Below, piece by piece: positions 38,977-47,659 of a stretch of 47,712 nt of DNA. The notes below the pieces were generated by a model. The model was not told the DNA's origin. It was given only the letters and a program-made list of their open reading frames with translations, and did not search any database. Numbering within the stretch: the stretch's first letter is position 1; each line of letters starts with the position of its first letter. This stretch comes from Clostridia bacterium (lineage in GTDB: Bacteria > Bacillota > Clostridia > UBA1212 > DUPL01). Where the stretch lies: positions 1-47,712 of the forward strand of contig JBMNIW010000010.1 of the NCBI GenBank assembly GCA_050951325.1. Direction: 5' to 3'. Made by a program: the position numbers and the translations under genes.

Positions 38977-40164
38977 TTATTTCTTTTCCATATATGGATA
39001 GTGTTTAAGCATTACCAATGGTTCAAACTTGCTCTCGTTCTTAATCCTTACACCCTTTGAAGCAGCATCGTATGATACAAAGAATTCGTCCTCGCTCAGC
39101 TGGCCGAATCTAAGCATTGAAGGTGTGCTGCACTTGTGGTGACCAAAGTACCCGTATCCCTGAACAAGTATTGCTCCATAGGCCGTCTCGTCTTTAACAA
39201 CTGCCTCGCATCCAGGCTTGATGGTAAGTTCTTTTGCTTCTATGTACTCGTTTCCGTAAACTATCAGTTTCTCAGTATAGTCATCATTGTCTTCAAGCAC
39301 TACTGGAGCACGGAAATATTTCTCCTTGTAATATGGGTCCACATTCTTCTCCCAGTCCATAAGCGACAATACATAGTCCACATCTCCCATCTTGTCTTCC
39401 GGACAGTTTTCATAAAGGAATGAAGAATCGTAAATCTCTCCGTCAGTTATGTTCTCGTATACGCTGTTGACATCGGAATTCCACTGAGGTTCATATGTAA
39501 GATACGAGCCGGGTGCATGCAGAACTCCTGGAGGTGTATACCAGCCGGTTCCCAGCTCTATTCTGTATGCTCTTGAAAGCTCGGTTATCCTGATATCCTC
39601 CTTCTCATAGTTAAAAAGCCTTTCCCTTATCTCTTCCTTTGTAACGGAAGGATTAAAGCCAAAGTATGTATGCGGGAATTTCCCTGGATAGTTGTTGTAC
39701 TGAGGAGGATAGTAGTAGGCTTCGGGCTTTCCAAGCTTTCCTACCCTTGCAGCAGATTCAAAGTCGAGGTGCAAATGGTGGAAGAGCGGTCCTTCATAGT
39801 CAAAGAACTTTGAATACATGGGCCATGTACCAAACTTGTTATATAGCTCTTTTCCCAGAATATTTTCTTTCAACACATCTACAAAATCCTTGAACAATAT
39901 CTTGTTTTCAACATTGTCATCAATATTTACATAGCTCATTCCCTCATCCTGCGCTGCCAGTTCTCCATTCATTGCAGCTATAACGGAACTGAACCATCTT
40001 TCCTTTATCGAGCCTCTTTTTGTTCCCAGAGCGTAATAGTCGTGTGGATGCAGTCTTAGTCTTTTCCCTGCATTTCCAAATCTTCTCGGGACAAATACGG
40101 GTACCATGTTGAGTATACCCTTATTCTCTTCGAAATATTTTATAATTGTATTCTCTTTCATCAT
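38977..40164 (-). CDS. ManA/PMI-like cupin sugar isomerase, copy 1
   Basis: KFFD..GPLFHHLH, GKPEAYY, PPGVLHA and YEPQWNSD mirror type I PMI metal-binding motifs. Confidence 0.65.
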   Translation of the reverse strand: MMKENTIIKYFEENKGILNMVPVFVPRRFGNAGKRLRLHPHDYYALGTKRGSIKERWFSSVIAAMNGELAAQDEGMSYVNIDDNVENKILFKDFVDVLKENILGKELYNKFGTWPMYSKFFDYEGPLFHHLHLDFESAARVGKLGKPEAYYYPPQYNNYPGKFPHTYFGFNPSVTKEEIRERLFNYEKEDIRITELSRAYRIELGTGWYTPPGVLHAPGSYLTYEPQWNSDVNSVYENITDGEIYDSSFLYENCPEDKMGDVDYVLSLMDWEKNVDPYYKEKYFRAPVVLEDNDDYTEKLIVYGNEYIEAKELTIKPGCEAVVKDETAYGAILVQGYGYFGHHKCSTPSMLRFGQLSEDEFFVSYDAASKGVRIKNESKFEPLVMLKHYPYMEKK

Positions 40165-40176
40165 ATCACTCTCCTC
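38982..40176 (+). repeat. 1.2-kb direct repeat, copy 1
   Basis: Near-identical to 44014..45208 (offset 5032); five substitutions seen by eye. Confidence 0.95.
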
Positions 40177-40220
40177 GCCTTATTCTAACAATCATAATTT
40201 ATTTTAAAATATACGGTACC

Positions 40221-40239
40221 GACGTTTATTTGCACAAAA
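40221..40239 (-). promoter_or_regulatory. Operator GAC-N4-ATTTGCACAA upstream of cupin copy 1
   Basis: GACGTTTATTTGCACAAAA, 34 bp from the TAGAAT -10 box (40187-40182). Confidence 0.65.
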
Positions 40240-40393
40240 CAACAAGGATGCCTATTAAAGCATCCTCGTTGCCAACAGTTCGGTTTATTATGCCTGATTT
40301 GCGGTCAGGTATTAATACATAAACCAAGGTTTTATGCCCCCATATTATAGCATATGTAAAGCAACAATTTATTACAATTTCATACATGAAACA

Positions 40394-40438
40394 GACATAT
40401 ATTTGCACTTTAAGGGAGTTTTGTACAAATGTAAGTCG
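40394..40438. promoter_or_regulatory. Back-to-back operator pair
   Basis: GACATATATTTGCAC at 40394 and the inverted TTTTGTACAAATGTAAGTCG at 40419. The latter lies 35 bp from TATAAT at 40472. Confidence 0.6.
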
Positions 40439-40510
40439 GTATTATTCATTCATAGCAACTCTCCCTTCAATTATAATATAAATACAAAAGCACGACTGGT
40501 TGTGATGGTT

Positions 40511-40978
40511 ATGAAAAAATTAATACTTCTTATACCCATATGTTTTTGTTTATGCACAGAAATACATTCTGAGTCTAATAATGCAACCTGGGCAATCCTC
40601 CCTTTCGAAGGTGAGGTATCCTGCGATTATCTCTATGTGATAGGCGGCTATCACTCCATTGATAGCGGCGCACCTTTTCCATGGGGTGCCGTAAACATCG
40701 AGGACATCAGGTTCATAGGAGACAAAATGGGCGACCTCGTTATAGAATACGTGGACGGTGGCAAGGACGAAATTCCCCTTGTCTATGGATACACCATGTG
40801 GTACAAGGCTCACTGGACAAATTACAGAGAACCTTTTGTATCAAACAAAGAACTTTTAAACCTCTTAAAGTCAACGCTTCACTTGAGCGAAGCCGGGGCA
40901 GTTTGTGTCGTAATCATAATTGCTGCCGTCATTGCAACAGTACTTATGATAAACAAGAATAAAAATAAAAAGAGTTAA
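40511..40978 (+). pseudogene. Internally deleted secreted paralog of 28786..31053 (N-domain fused to TM anchor)
   Basis: Signal peptide, then a segment that aligns with the N-terminus of 28786..31053, then an abrupt TM and KNKNKK tail. The frame is intact. Confidence 0.6.
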
Positions 40979-40990
40979 TATGCGTAAGGA

Positions 40991-41012
40991 AAGCCGCAAC
41001 TAAGTGCGGCTT
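40991..41012. terminator. Bidirectional terminator
   Basis: AAGCCGCA-ACTAAG-TGCGGCTT between convergent genes. Confidence 0.75.
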
Positions 41013-41014
41013 CT

Positions 41015-41704
41015 TTAATTTTGACCATAATATGCGTCTTTTCCATGCTTTCTTAAATAATGCTTGTCAAGAAGAACTTGTTTTATGGGCTCCTTGTTTC
41101 CCAGGCTCATTGTGTGGTATGCCATCATTGCTAGTTCTTCAAGCACAACCGCATTATGAACAGCATTTTCACCATCCGTACCCCAAACGAAAGGGCCGTG
41201 GTTCTTAACAAGTACACCAGGCATGTACATTGGATTGAGGCCCTCGAAAGTCTCCACAATCACCAACCCGGTATTCTTTTCGTATTCCGTCTCTATTTCC
41301 TCTTTCCTCATTTCCCTTGTACAAGGAACTGTGCCATAAAAATAGTCAGCATGAGTGGTTCCCATGGCAGGAATCCCTACTCCTGCCTGGGCAAATATGG
41401 TTGCCCACTTGGAATGGTTATGGCACACACCCCCCACTCCCTCAAAACTCTTGTATATTTCAATATGGGTTGGAAGGTCCGATGATGGTTTCAAATCCCC
41501 CGAAACCTTGTTGCCCTCCATGTCCACTACTACAATATCGTCTTCCTTCATTGTCTCATAAGGAACGCCTGACGGCTTTATGGCTACATAGCCCTCCTTC
41601 CTGTCAATTATGGATACATTACCCCATGTAAAGATTATGAGGTTGTGTTTGGGAAGAAGCATGTTTGCGTAAAAAGCCTTTTCCTTAAGTTCTTTCAGTG
41701 TCAA
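41015..41704 (-). CDS. araD: L-ribulose-5-phosphate 4-epimerase
   Basis: FTWGNVS, IKPSGV, PSSD.PTH, GTTHADYF, HGPF.WG and HYLRKHG..AYYGQ motifs. Confidence 0.95.
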   Translation of the reverse strand: MTLKELKEKAFYANMLLPKHNLIIFTWGNVSIIDRKEGYVAIKPSGVPYETMKEDDIVVVDMEGNKVSGDLKPSSDLPTHIEIYKSFEGVGGVCHNHSKWATIFAQAGVGIPAMGTTHADYFYGTVPCTREMRKEEIETEYEKNTGLVIVETFEGLNPMYMPGVLVKNHGPFVWGTDGENAVHNAVVLEELAMMAYHTMSLGNKEPIKQVLLDKHYLRKHGKDAYYGQN

Positions 41705-43168
41705 TTAAACTCCCACCTTTCCGAGCGCATTCAATACCTTGACATATCTGGCATATTTCTCATCATAAACTGCTATGTACTCGCTTCTTGGCTCAAAACT
41801 TCTCTTTATGGACACCATCTTGTCAGCAGCATCCTGGTAGTCCTTGTATACACCAACTTGCACTCCCGCAGCCATGCAGGCCCCAAGAGCACCAAGTTCT
41901 TTTGCGTCTACAACTTCACAAGGGATACCAAGACAATCAGCAAACATCTGCATCCATACATCGGAATTTGTGCTTCCACCGGATATCCTTATTGTTTTGG
42001 GTTTTTCCCTATACCTAAGAAGGTTATCCACATGCATTCTGTGAGAGTACACCACACCCTCATACACTGCGCGCAAGACATCTTCCTTTGAATGTCCGAG
42101 ATTCAATCCAACAAAGGAGGCATTGTTCACATTCCTTGCATTTGTGCCATACAGGAAGGGATAGAACAATATGTCGTTGAAGGCAGCTTCTTCAACCAGC
42201 TTGTCGCATTCCTTGTACAACATGTTGGTTTGGAAGTTATTGATATACCAATCAAGGTTGCCTGCAGATGTCGGACTTGACTCTTCTATGAGGTAGTAGC
42301 CAGGAACTGCGAACAAAGAGTTCTTGGTGGATACATTGCCAGGAACATGCTCTTTTGACACGTATTCGTTAATGCTCCATGTACCGGTTATTACGGCAAT
42401 CATTTCCGGGTCGATCACATTCATTCCTACCGCACACGCATCTATGTCAAACATTCCACCGCATACAGGCGTACCTTCAGCAAGGCCGGTCAGTGACGCC
42501 GCCTCCTTGGTAACATAGCCGCAAAGTTCATAGGAATAGCACAACTTTGGCATGCAGTCATACATCTCTTCTATTCCAAAAAGGGTAAAGAGTTCTTTAG
42601 AAAACTCTACTTTCCTCAAGTCCATAAGGGAGGTTCCTGAATAGTCGGTAACTTCCGCCATAGGCTCGCTTGTCAGCATGAAGCGGATATAGTCTTTTGC
42701 TTCAAATACCCACTGGATATTGTCATATGCATCTCTTTCGTATTTTTTCAACCATGCAAGAAGGGCTGCAGGCTGGCATTCAATCACCGTCTGCAATGAA
42801 ATCTCAGAAGCTTTTTCGCTAACTCCGTTTTCCTCCCACTCCCTTACAATATTTAAAGCTCTTCTGTCCGTGGATGCAATAGCCTTGTATGCAGGCTTTC
42901 CATCCTTGCCCCAAGGATAGAGTCCTTTACCATGCCCCGAACAGCCTATGCTCTTTATATCATAAGGGTCAATATTTGCCTTTTGTATCGTTTCGCGGAT
43001 ACATTTTGCAGTTATATCCCACATCAAAGTCATATCTCTGTCATTGTATACATTCTTCGATACATTGACAGGGGTATTCAAGCTGTGTGAGCTTATTTCC
43101 TTCCCTTTATAATCAAATATAACGGCTTTTGTCATTGTGCCGCCGATGTCAACACCTAACAAATACAT
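41705..43168 (-). CDS. lyx: FGGY kinase, L-xylulokinase/3-keto-L-gulonate kinase type
   Basis: GVDIGGT, GHGKGLY, KDYIRF.LT, GGMFDID, GTWSINE and SPTSAGNL motifs, plus operon context. Confidence 0.8.
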   Translation of the reverse strand: MYLLGVDIGGTMTKAVIFDYKGKEISSHSLNTPVNVSKNVYNDRDMTLMWDITAKCIRETIQKANIDPYDIKSIGCSGHGKGLYPWGKDGKPAYKAIASTDRRALNIVREWEENGVSEKASEISLQTVIECQPAALLAWLKKYERDAYDNIQWVFEAKDYIRFMLTSEPMAEVTDYSGTSLMDLRKVEFSKELFTLFGIEEMYDCMPKLCYSYELCGYVTKEAASLTGLAEGTPVCGGMFDIDACAVGMNVIDPEMIAVITGTWSINEYVSKEHVPGNVSTKNSLFAVPGYYLIEESSPTSAGNLDWYINNFQTNMLYKECDKLVEEAAFNDILFYPFLYGTNARNVNNASFVGLNLGHSKEDVLRAVYEGVVYSHRMHVDNLLRYREKPKTIRISGGSTNSDVWMQMFADCLGIPCEVVDAKELGALGACMAAGVQVGVYKDYQDAADKMVSIKRSFEPRSEYIAVYDEKYARYVKVLNALGKVGV

Positions 43169-43172
43169 ATAC

Positions 43173-44000
43173 TTACCCCTCCTGCAATAAAGGCTTTAAG
43201 AATGAATAGGCATACTTCATTTCGCTTAAGTAATCCCTCTTTTCATCATGCCAAAACTCGGCAGTGTACATGTACACACCTTGTTTTTTTAGCTCTCTTA
43301 TGGCGCTTTCAAAATCCACATGACCCTCACCAAACCTCATGTTTCTGAAAACCTTTGGCTTTGTTTCCTTCAAATGAGCTGCAACAATGTGACCTTTGCC
43401 AGACCTGATATCCTCAACAACATCTTGCGCACCATTTGTAACATTGCCAATATCCGGATAAACCTGAAGATACGGACTGTCCACCAGCGTTACATATTCC
43501 ATGGACTTTTCTATTGTATTCATGAAGTCATTTTCCATTGTTTCAAAAGCCAGAATTACTCCATATTTCGAAGCATACTCAACAGACTTTATTACATTCT
43601 CAGTAAAATACTGTTTTGAATCAGGACTTGATGTTTCATTGTAGTACACATCATAACCTGCAAGCTGAATAATCCTTATACCGATCTTATCAGAAAACTC
43701 TATTGCCTTTTTCATGATTTCCATGGATTTGTCCCTGATTTCCTTAAAGTGACTTCCCAAGGGAAATCTCCTATGACCACTTAGACACATGGTCCTTATG
43801 GTGACGCCTGTTTTTCTCTGAAGCTCAATCAGATGATTAACAAAATCATCTCCCTCATAAAGCCTTTCAAGCTTCTTGTCAGTTTCATCAATGCTAATCT
43901 CTACCCTGTCAAAGCCTGCCAGCCTTGCACTGGTCAGCTTTTCTTCCCAGGATAGAGATTCAGGCATTGCTTTCTCATATACCCCCAAGGAAAACCTCAT
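43173..44000 (-). CDS. ulaE: L-ribulose-5-phosphate 3-epimerase (UlaE/SgbU family)
   Basis: GVYEKA, EISIDETD, MCLSGHRRFPLGS, IQLAGYDVYY, YPDIGN and HLKET motifs. Confidence 0.92.
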   Translation of the reverse strand: MRFSLGVYEKAMPESLSWEEKLTSARLAGFDRVEISIDETDKKLERLYEGDDFVNHLIELQRKTGVTIRTMCLSGHRRFPLGSHFKEIRDKSMEIMKKAIEFSDKIGIRIIQLAGYDVYYNETSSPDSKQYFTENVIKSVEYASKYGVILAFETMENDFMNTIEKSMEYVTLVDSPYLQVYPDIGNVTNGAQDVVEDIRSGKGHIVAAHLKETKPKVFRNMRFGEGHVDFESAIRELKKQGVYMYTAEFWHDEKRDYLSEMKYAYSFLKPLLQEG

Positions 44001-45196
44001 TTTGTATCCCCGCTCTTTTCCATATATGGATAGTGTTTAAGCATTACCAATGGTTCAAACTTGCTCTCGTTCTTAATCCTTACACCCTTTGAAGCAGCAT
44101 CGTATGATACAAAGAATTCGTCCTCGCTCAGCTGGCCGAATCTAAGCATTGAAGGTGTGCTGCACTTGTGGTGACCAAAGTATCCGTATCCCTGAACAAG
44201 TATTGCTCCATAGGCCGTCTCGTCTTTAACAACTGCCTCGCATCCAGGCTTGATGGTAAGTTCTTTTGCTTCTATGTACTCGTTTCCGTAAACTATCAGT
44301 TTCTCAGTATAGTCATCATTGTCTTCAAGCACTATTGGAGCACGGAAATATTTCTCCTTGTAATATGGGTCCACATTCTTCTCCCAGTCCATAAGCGACA
44401 ATACATAGTCCACATCTCCCATCTTGTCTTCCGGACAGTTTTCATAAAGGAATGAAGAATCGTAAATCTCTCCGTCAGTTATGTTCTCGTATACGCTGTT
44501 GACATCGGAATTCCACTGAGGTTCATATGTAAGATACGAGCCGGGTGCATGCAGAACTCCTGGAGGTGTATACCAGCCGGTTCCCAGCTCTATTCTGTAT
44601 GCTCTTGAAAGCTCGGTTATCCTGATATCCTCCTTCTCATAGTTAAAAAGCCTTTCCCTTATCTCTTCCTTTGTAACGGAAGGATTAAAGCCAAAGTATG
44701 TATGCGGGAATTTCCCTGGATAGTTGTTGTACTGAGGAGGATAGTAGTAGGCTTCGGGCTTTCCAAGCTTTCCTACCCTTGCAGCAGATTCAAAGTCGAG
44801 GTGCAAATGGTGGAAGAGCGGTCCTTCATAGTCAAAGAACTTTGAATACATGGGCCATGTACCAAACTTGTTATATAGCTCTTTTCCCAGAATATTTTCT
44901 TTCAACACATCTACAAAATCCTTGAACAATATCTTGTTTTCAACATTGTCATCAATATTTACATAGCTCATTCCCTCATCCGGCGCTGCCAGTTCTCCAT
45001 TCATTGCAGCTATAACGGAACTGAACCATCTTTCCTTTATCGAGCCTCTTTTTGTTCCCAGAGCGTAATAGTCGTGTGGATGCAGTCTTAGTCTTTTCCC
45101 TGCATTTCCAAATCTTCTTGGGACAAATACGGGCACCATGTTGAGTATACCCTTATTCTCTTCGAAATATTTTATAATTGTATTCTCTTTCATCAT
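43997..45196 (-). CDS. ManA/PMI-like cupin sugar isomerase, copy 2
   Basis: Differs from copy 1 by two residues and the C-terminal tail. Its stop overlaps the ulaE start (ATGA). Confidence 0.65.
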   Translation of the reverse strand: MMKENTIIKYFEENKGILNMVPVFVPRRFGNAGKRLRLHPHDYYALGTKRGSIKERWFSSVIAAMNGELAAPDEGMSYVNIDDNVENKILFKDFVDVLKENILGKELYNKFGTWPMYSKFFDYEGPLFHHLHLDFESAARVGKLGKPEAYYYPPQYNNYPGKFPHTYFGFNPSVTKEEIRERLFNYEKEDIRITELSRAYRIELGTGWYTPPGVLHAPGSYLTYEPQWNSDVNSVYENITDGEIYDSSFLYENCPEDKMGDVDYVLSLMDWEKNVDPYYKEKYFRAPIVLEDNDDYTEKLIVYGNEYIEAKELTIKPGCEAVVKDETAYGAILVQGYGYFGHHKCSTPSMLRFGQLSEDEFFVSYDAASKGVRIKNESKFEPLVMLKHYPYMEKSGDTK

Positions 45197-45208
45197 ATCA
45201 CTCTCCTC
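44014..45208 (+). repeat. 1.2-kb direct repeat, copy 2
   Basis: Near-identical to 38982..40176. Confidence 0.95.
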
Positions 45209-45253
45209 AAATTATTCTAACAATCATGTTTTAGTATAAAAATAGACTGGACA

Positions 45254-45272
45254 GACGTTTATTTGCACAAAA
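45254..45272 (-). promoter_or_regulatory. Operator upstream of cupin copy 2
   Basis: GACGTTTATTTGCACAAAA, 35 bp from TAGAAT (45219-45214). Confidence 0.65.
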
Positions 45273-45436
45273 CAAAAGGAAATTAATAATCATGTTTTAA
45301 TACCCCTTTTCAACAAGTCGTGGGCATACTCACCCTCCATTGACTCTCTGCTAGACTCCTGACTGCAGTTGGGTACAAACCTGGACTTTCATCCTCATTC
45401 AAAAATCTCCACTCAGGCATTCATTTATTGCCTCCA

Positions 45437-46321
45437 CTAGTACGCTTTTACAGCAATACTGTCTATGAATGTATAGGCAAAATGACTGAATACCTTGAAG
45501 TGGTTTCCCAAATCCATATCCAGAAAGTTTTCCGCTTTGCATAATTCTTCGCCATTTGCGTCAAATACCTTTATTTCACTCTCATTAATATCAATTTTCA
45601 ATATCAACACATTCTCTTCTTCTGCCGTGTTCATGTAGTAGTACAAACTGTCACCGGTATCCACAATGACTAGCTTTCTCATTTCTCCAAATCCTTCTGG
45701 AATATCAACCGTTACAGCGCCGTCCGGCCAATATTCTTTGGTTCTTGCACCACTTGGAAATACTGTAATTTGATTGTTTTCTGTAAAAGCCACCCATATT
45801 CCGTCATCGGTATTGGCTATAGAACTTACGTAGTCGCTTACCCTGGCCCCAATAATTGTCGCTATCCAAGGCGATGTTACATCTTCAGGAAACCTGGATT
45901 CAAACTCGATATGGAACTCCCACTGGTGTGTATCGAATGTATTGCAGTCAATATCAGGCGTCAGGCTATTCCAGCCATCCCAAGTCCTTCCGCCGTCTTC
46001 AGAGTTTAGAATAAGCTTGCCATCCTTAAAACTATATATATTGGTTGTTACCAACAATGTCCCGTCCAAATCTTCTTCTATGAAGTCGTTTTCGTATGCA
46101 ACTTCCGACTTCTCAGAAGGCTTGCCCCTTTCCCCTTCAGGCAAAGGTTCTTTAGTAGGTTTGGGAGTCGGCTCCTCCGTTGGTTCCACAGTCGGGCCTG
46201 CAGTAGCAGTTTCCGTAGGTTGTGGTGTTGGGTCATCCTTGTTCTCAATTTTCTGATCGCAGGATGACAGGATAAATATACAAAGTACAATCAAAATATA
46301 TATGGCTACTCTCTTTTTCAT
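45437..46321 (-). CDS. Lipoprotein with P/T/E linker and beta-rich domain, function unknown
   Basis: Lipobox ILSSC, then PTPQPTETATAGPTVEPTEEPTPKPT, then an acidic beta-rich domain. Confidence 0.75.
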   Translation of the reverse strand: MKKRVAIYILIVLCIFILSSCDQKIENKDDPTPQPTETATAGPTVEPTEEPTPKPTKEPLPEGERGKPSEKSEVAYENDFIEEDLDGTLLVTTNIYSFKDGKLILNSEDGGRTWDGWNSLTPDIDCNTFDTHQWEFHIEFESRFPEDVTSPWIATIIGARVSDYVSSIANTDDGIWVAFTENNQITVFPSGARTKEYWPDGAVTVDIPEGFGEMRKLVIVDTGDSLYYYMNTAEEENVLILKIDINESEIKVFDANGEELCKAENFLDMDLGNHFKVFSHFAYTFIDSIAVKAY

Positions 46322-46405
46322 TATAGTGCCTCCCTTTTTTTCCGATAATAATTACCAGCTACAAATATTATAATACTGTGGAAACGTATCTGAATATATA
46401 AAATA

Positions 46406-46489
46406 GACTTATATTTGCACAATTTTAAAATTTTTAACTATTTGTAATTAAATTAAATGCATTAATTGTTTTTGTGTAAAAATATGTCG
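46406..46489. promoter_or_regulatory. Back-to-back operator pair in divergent promoter region
   Basis: GACTTATATTTGCACAA at 46406 is 34 bp from the minus-strand TATAAT at 46372. The inverted TTTTGTGTAAAAATATGTCG at 46470 is 34 bp from TAAACT at 46522. Confidence 0.6.
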
Positions 46490-46576
46490 GTTTTCTATAT
46501 TTGTTTCAACCCAATATTTAATAAACTTATTTAAGGAACAACCGTTCACTATCAATTATATTTTAGAGGTGAAATA

Positions 46577-47659
46577 ATGACAGAACGAGAAAGGTTTATC
46601 AACTGTGTTACAGGGAAGGAAATCGACAGAACACCCTTGGTCTTCTATTTCGGCCCCTGGGGAGAAACAGTTGAAAGATGGAAGCAGGAAGGCATAGACA
46701 ATCCCAACGCCTTTCAAAATAACTTTGATTTGGACAAGCCACCAATAATGGTTAACGGATTTGTGCACATGTATTATTACCCTCCCTTTAAGACTGAGAT
46801 TTTAGAGAGAAAGGGCAACTTAATTATATACAGAGACATCTTTGGTCAAATTGCTCAAAATTACGAAGGAGTCTCAAACATACCTAAAATATTAAAATCC
46901 CCCGTGAACAATTTTGAGGAATGGGAAGCCTTCAAGAAAGAAAGACTTAATCCGGAAGATGCAGCAAGATGGCCTTCAAATTGGCCTGAAATAGCAGAGA
47001 TGCTGAATAATCAGGACAGACCTGTTCAGATAGGGTCTTATCCTTGCGGAATATTTGGCACCTTGAGAGATTTGATGGGAGTGGAAGGTAGTCTTCTGGC
47101 ATTCTATGATGAACCTGAACTTGTCAAGGACATTATGGATTACCTGACAGACTATTGGATTTACCTGTTCGAAAGAGTATGCAAGGATGTAAAGGTTGAC
47201 ATATTGCATATCTGGGAAGATATGTCGGGCAAGCAAGGCTCGTTGATTTCGCCTGCACATATCAGAGAATTCATGTTGCCAAATTACAGAAAATTCAAGG
47301 ACCTGTGCGACAAGTACGACATTCCTGTTTTTATGGTGGATACCGATGGCAACTGCGAGGAACTTATACCTATCTTTGCAGAGGCAGGCGTTAATCTTAT
47401 GCTTCCTTTTGAAGTTGCCGCAGGATGTGATGTTGTTGCATTGAGAGAGAAATACCCCTACATGGCCATGATGGGCGGTATTGACAAGAGAGAGATAGCC
47501 AAGGGAAAGGAAGCCATTGATAGAGAGCTAGAAAGAATATCACCCCTTCTCAACAAACCAGGCTACTTCCCTGCCCTTGACCACCTCATTCCTCCTGAGG
47601 TGAGTTATGAGGATTACAAATATTTTGTAAACAGGCTAATAGAAATGATAAAGTGTTAA
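46577..47659 (+). CDS. Uroporphyrinogen decarboxylase / MtaA-CmuA-like superfamily protein
   Basis: MTERERF...IDR.P, LMGVE, EDM.GK.G.LISP, VDTDGN, GGIDK and DHLIPP motifs. Probably not a true HemE. Confidence 0.8.
   Translation: MTERERFINCVTGKEIDRTPLVFYFGPWGETVERWKQEGIDNPNAFQNNFDLDKPPIMVNGFVHMYYYPPFKTEILERKGNLIIYRDIFGQIAQNYEGVSNIPKILKSPVNNFEEWEAFKKERLNPEDAARWPSNWPEIAEMLNNQDRPVQIGSYPCGIFGTLRDLMGVEGSLLAFYDEPELVKDIMDYLTDYWIYLFERVCKDVKVDILHIWEDMSGKQGSLISPAHIREFMLPNYRKFKDLCDKYDIPVFMVDTDGNCEELIPIFAEAGVNLMLPFEVAAGCDVVALREKYPYMAMMGGIDKREIAKGKEAIDRELERISPLLNKPGYFPALDHLIPPEVSYEDYKYFVNRLIEMIKC

Noticed and set aside
41015-44000. L-arabinose or L-ascorbate utilisation operon
   Set aside because: There is no araA/araB, ula PTS, ulaG or ulaD in the window. 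The gene set fits entry at L-xylulose.
176-47260. Many 60-244 aa antisense or overlapping ORFs in the track (e.g. 176..715, 3539..4084, 35772..36506)
   Set aside because: They are shadows of well-supported genes on the opposite strand or frame, with no RBS or recognisable motifs.
46577-47659. hemE (heme biosynthesis)
   Set aside because: It lacks the HemE RQAGR motif and any tetrapyrrole gene context.
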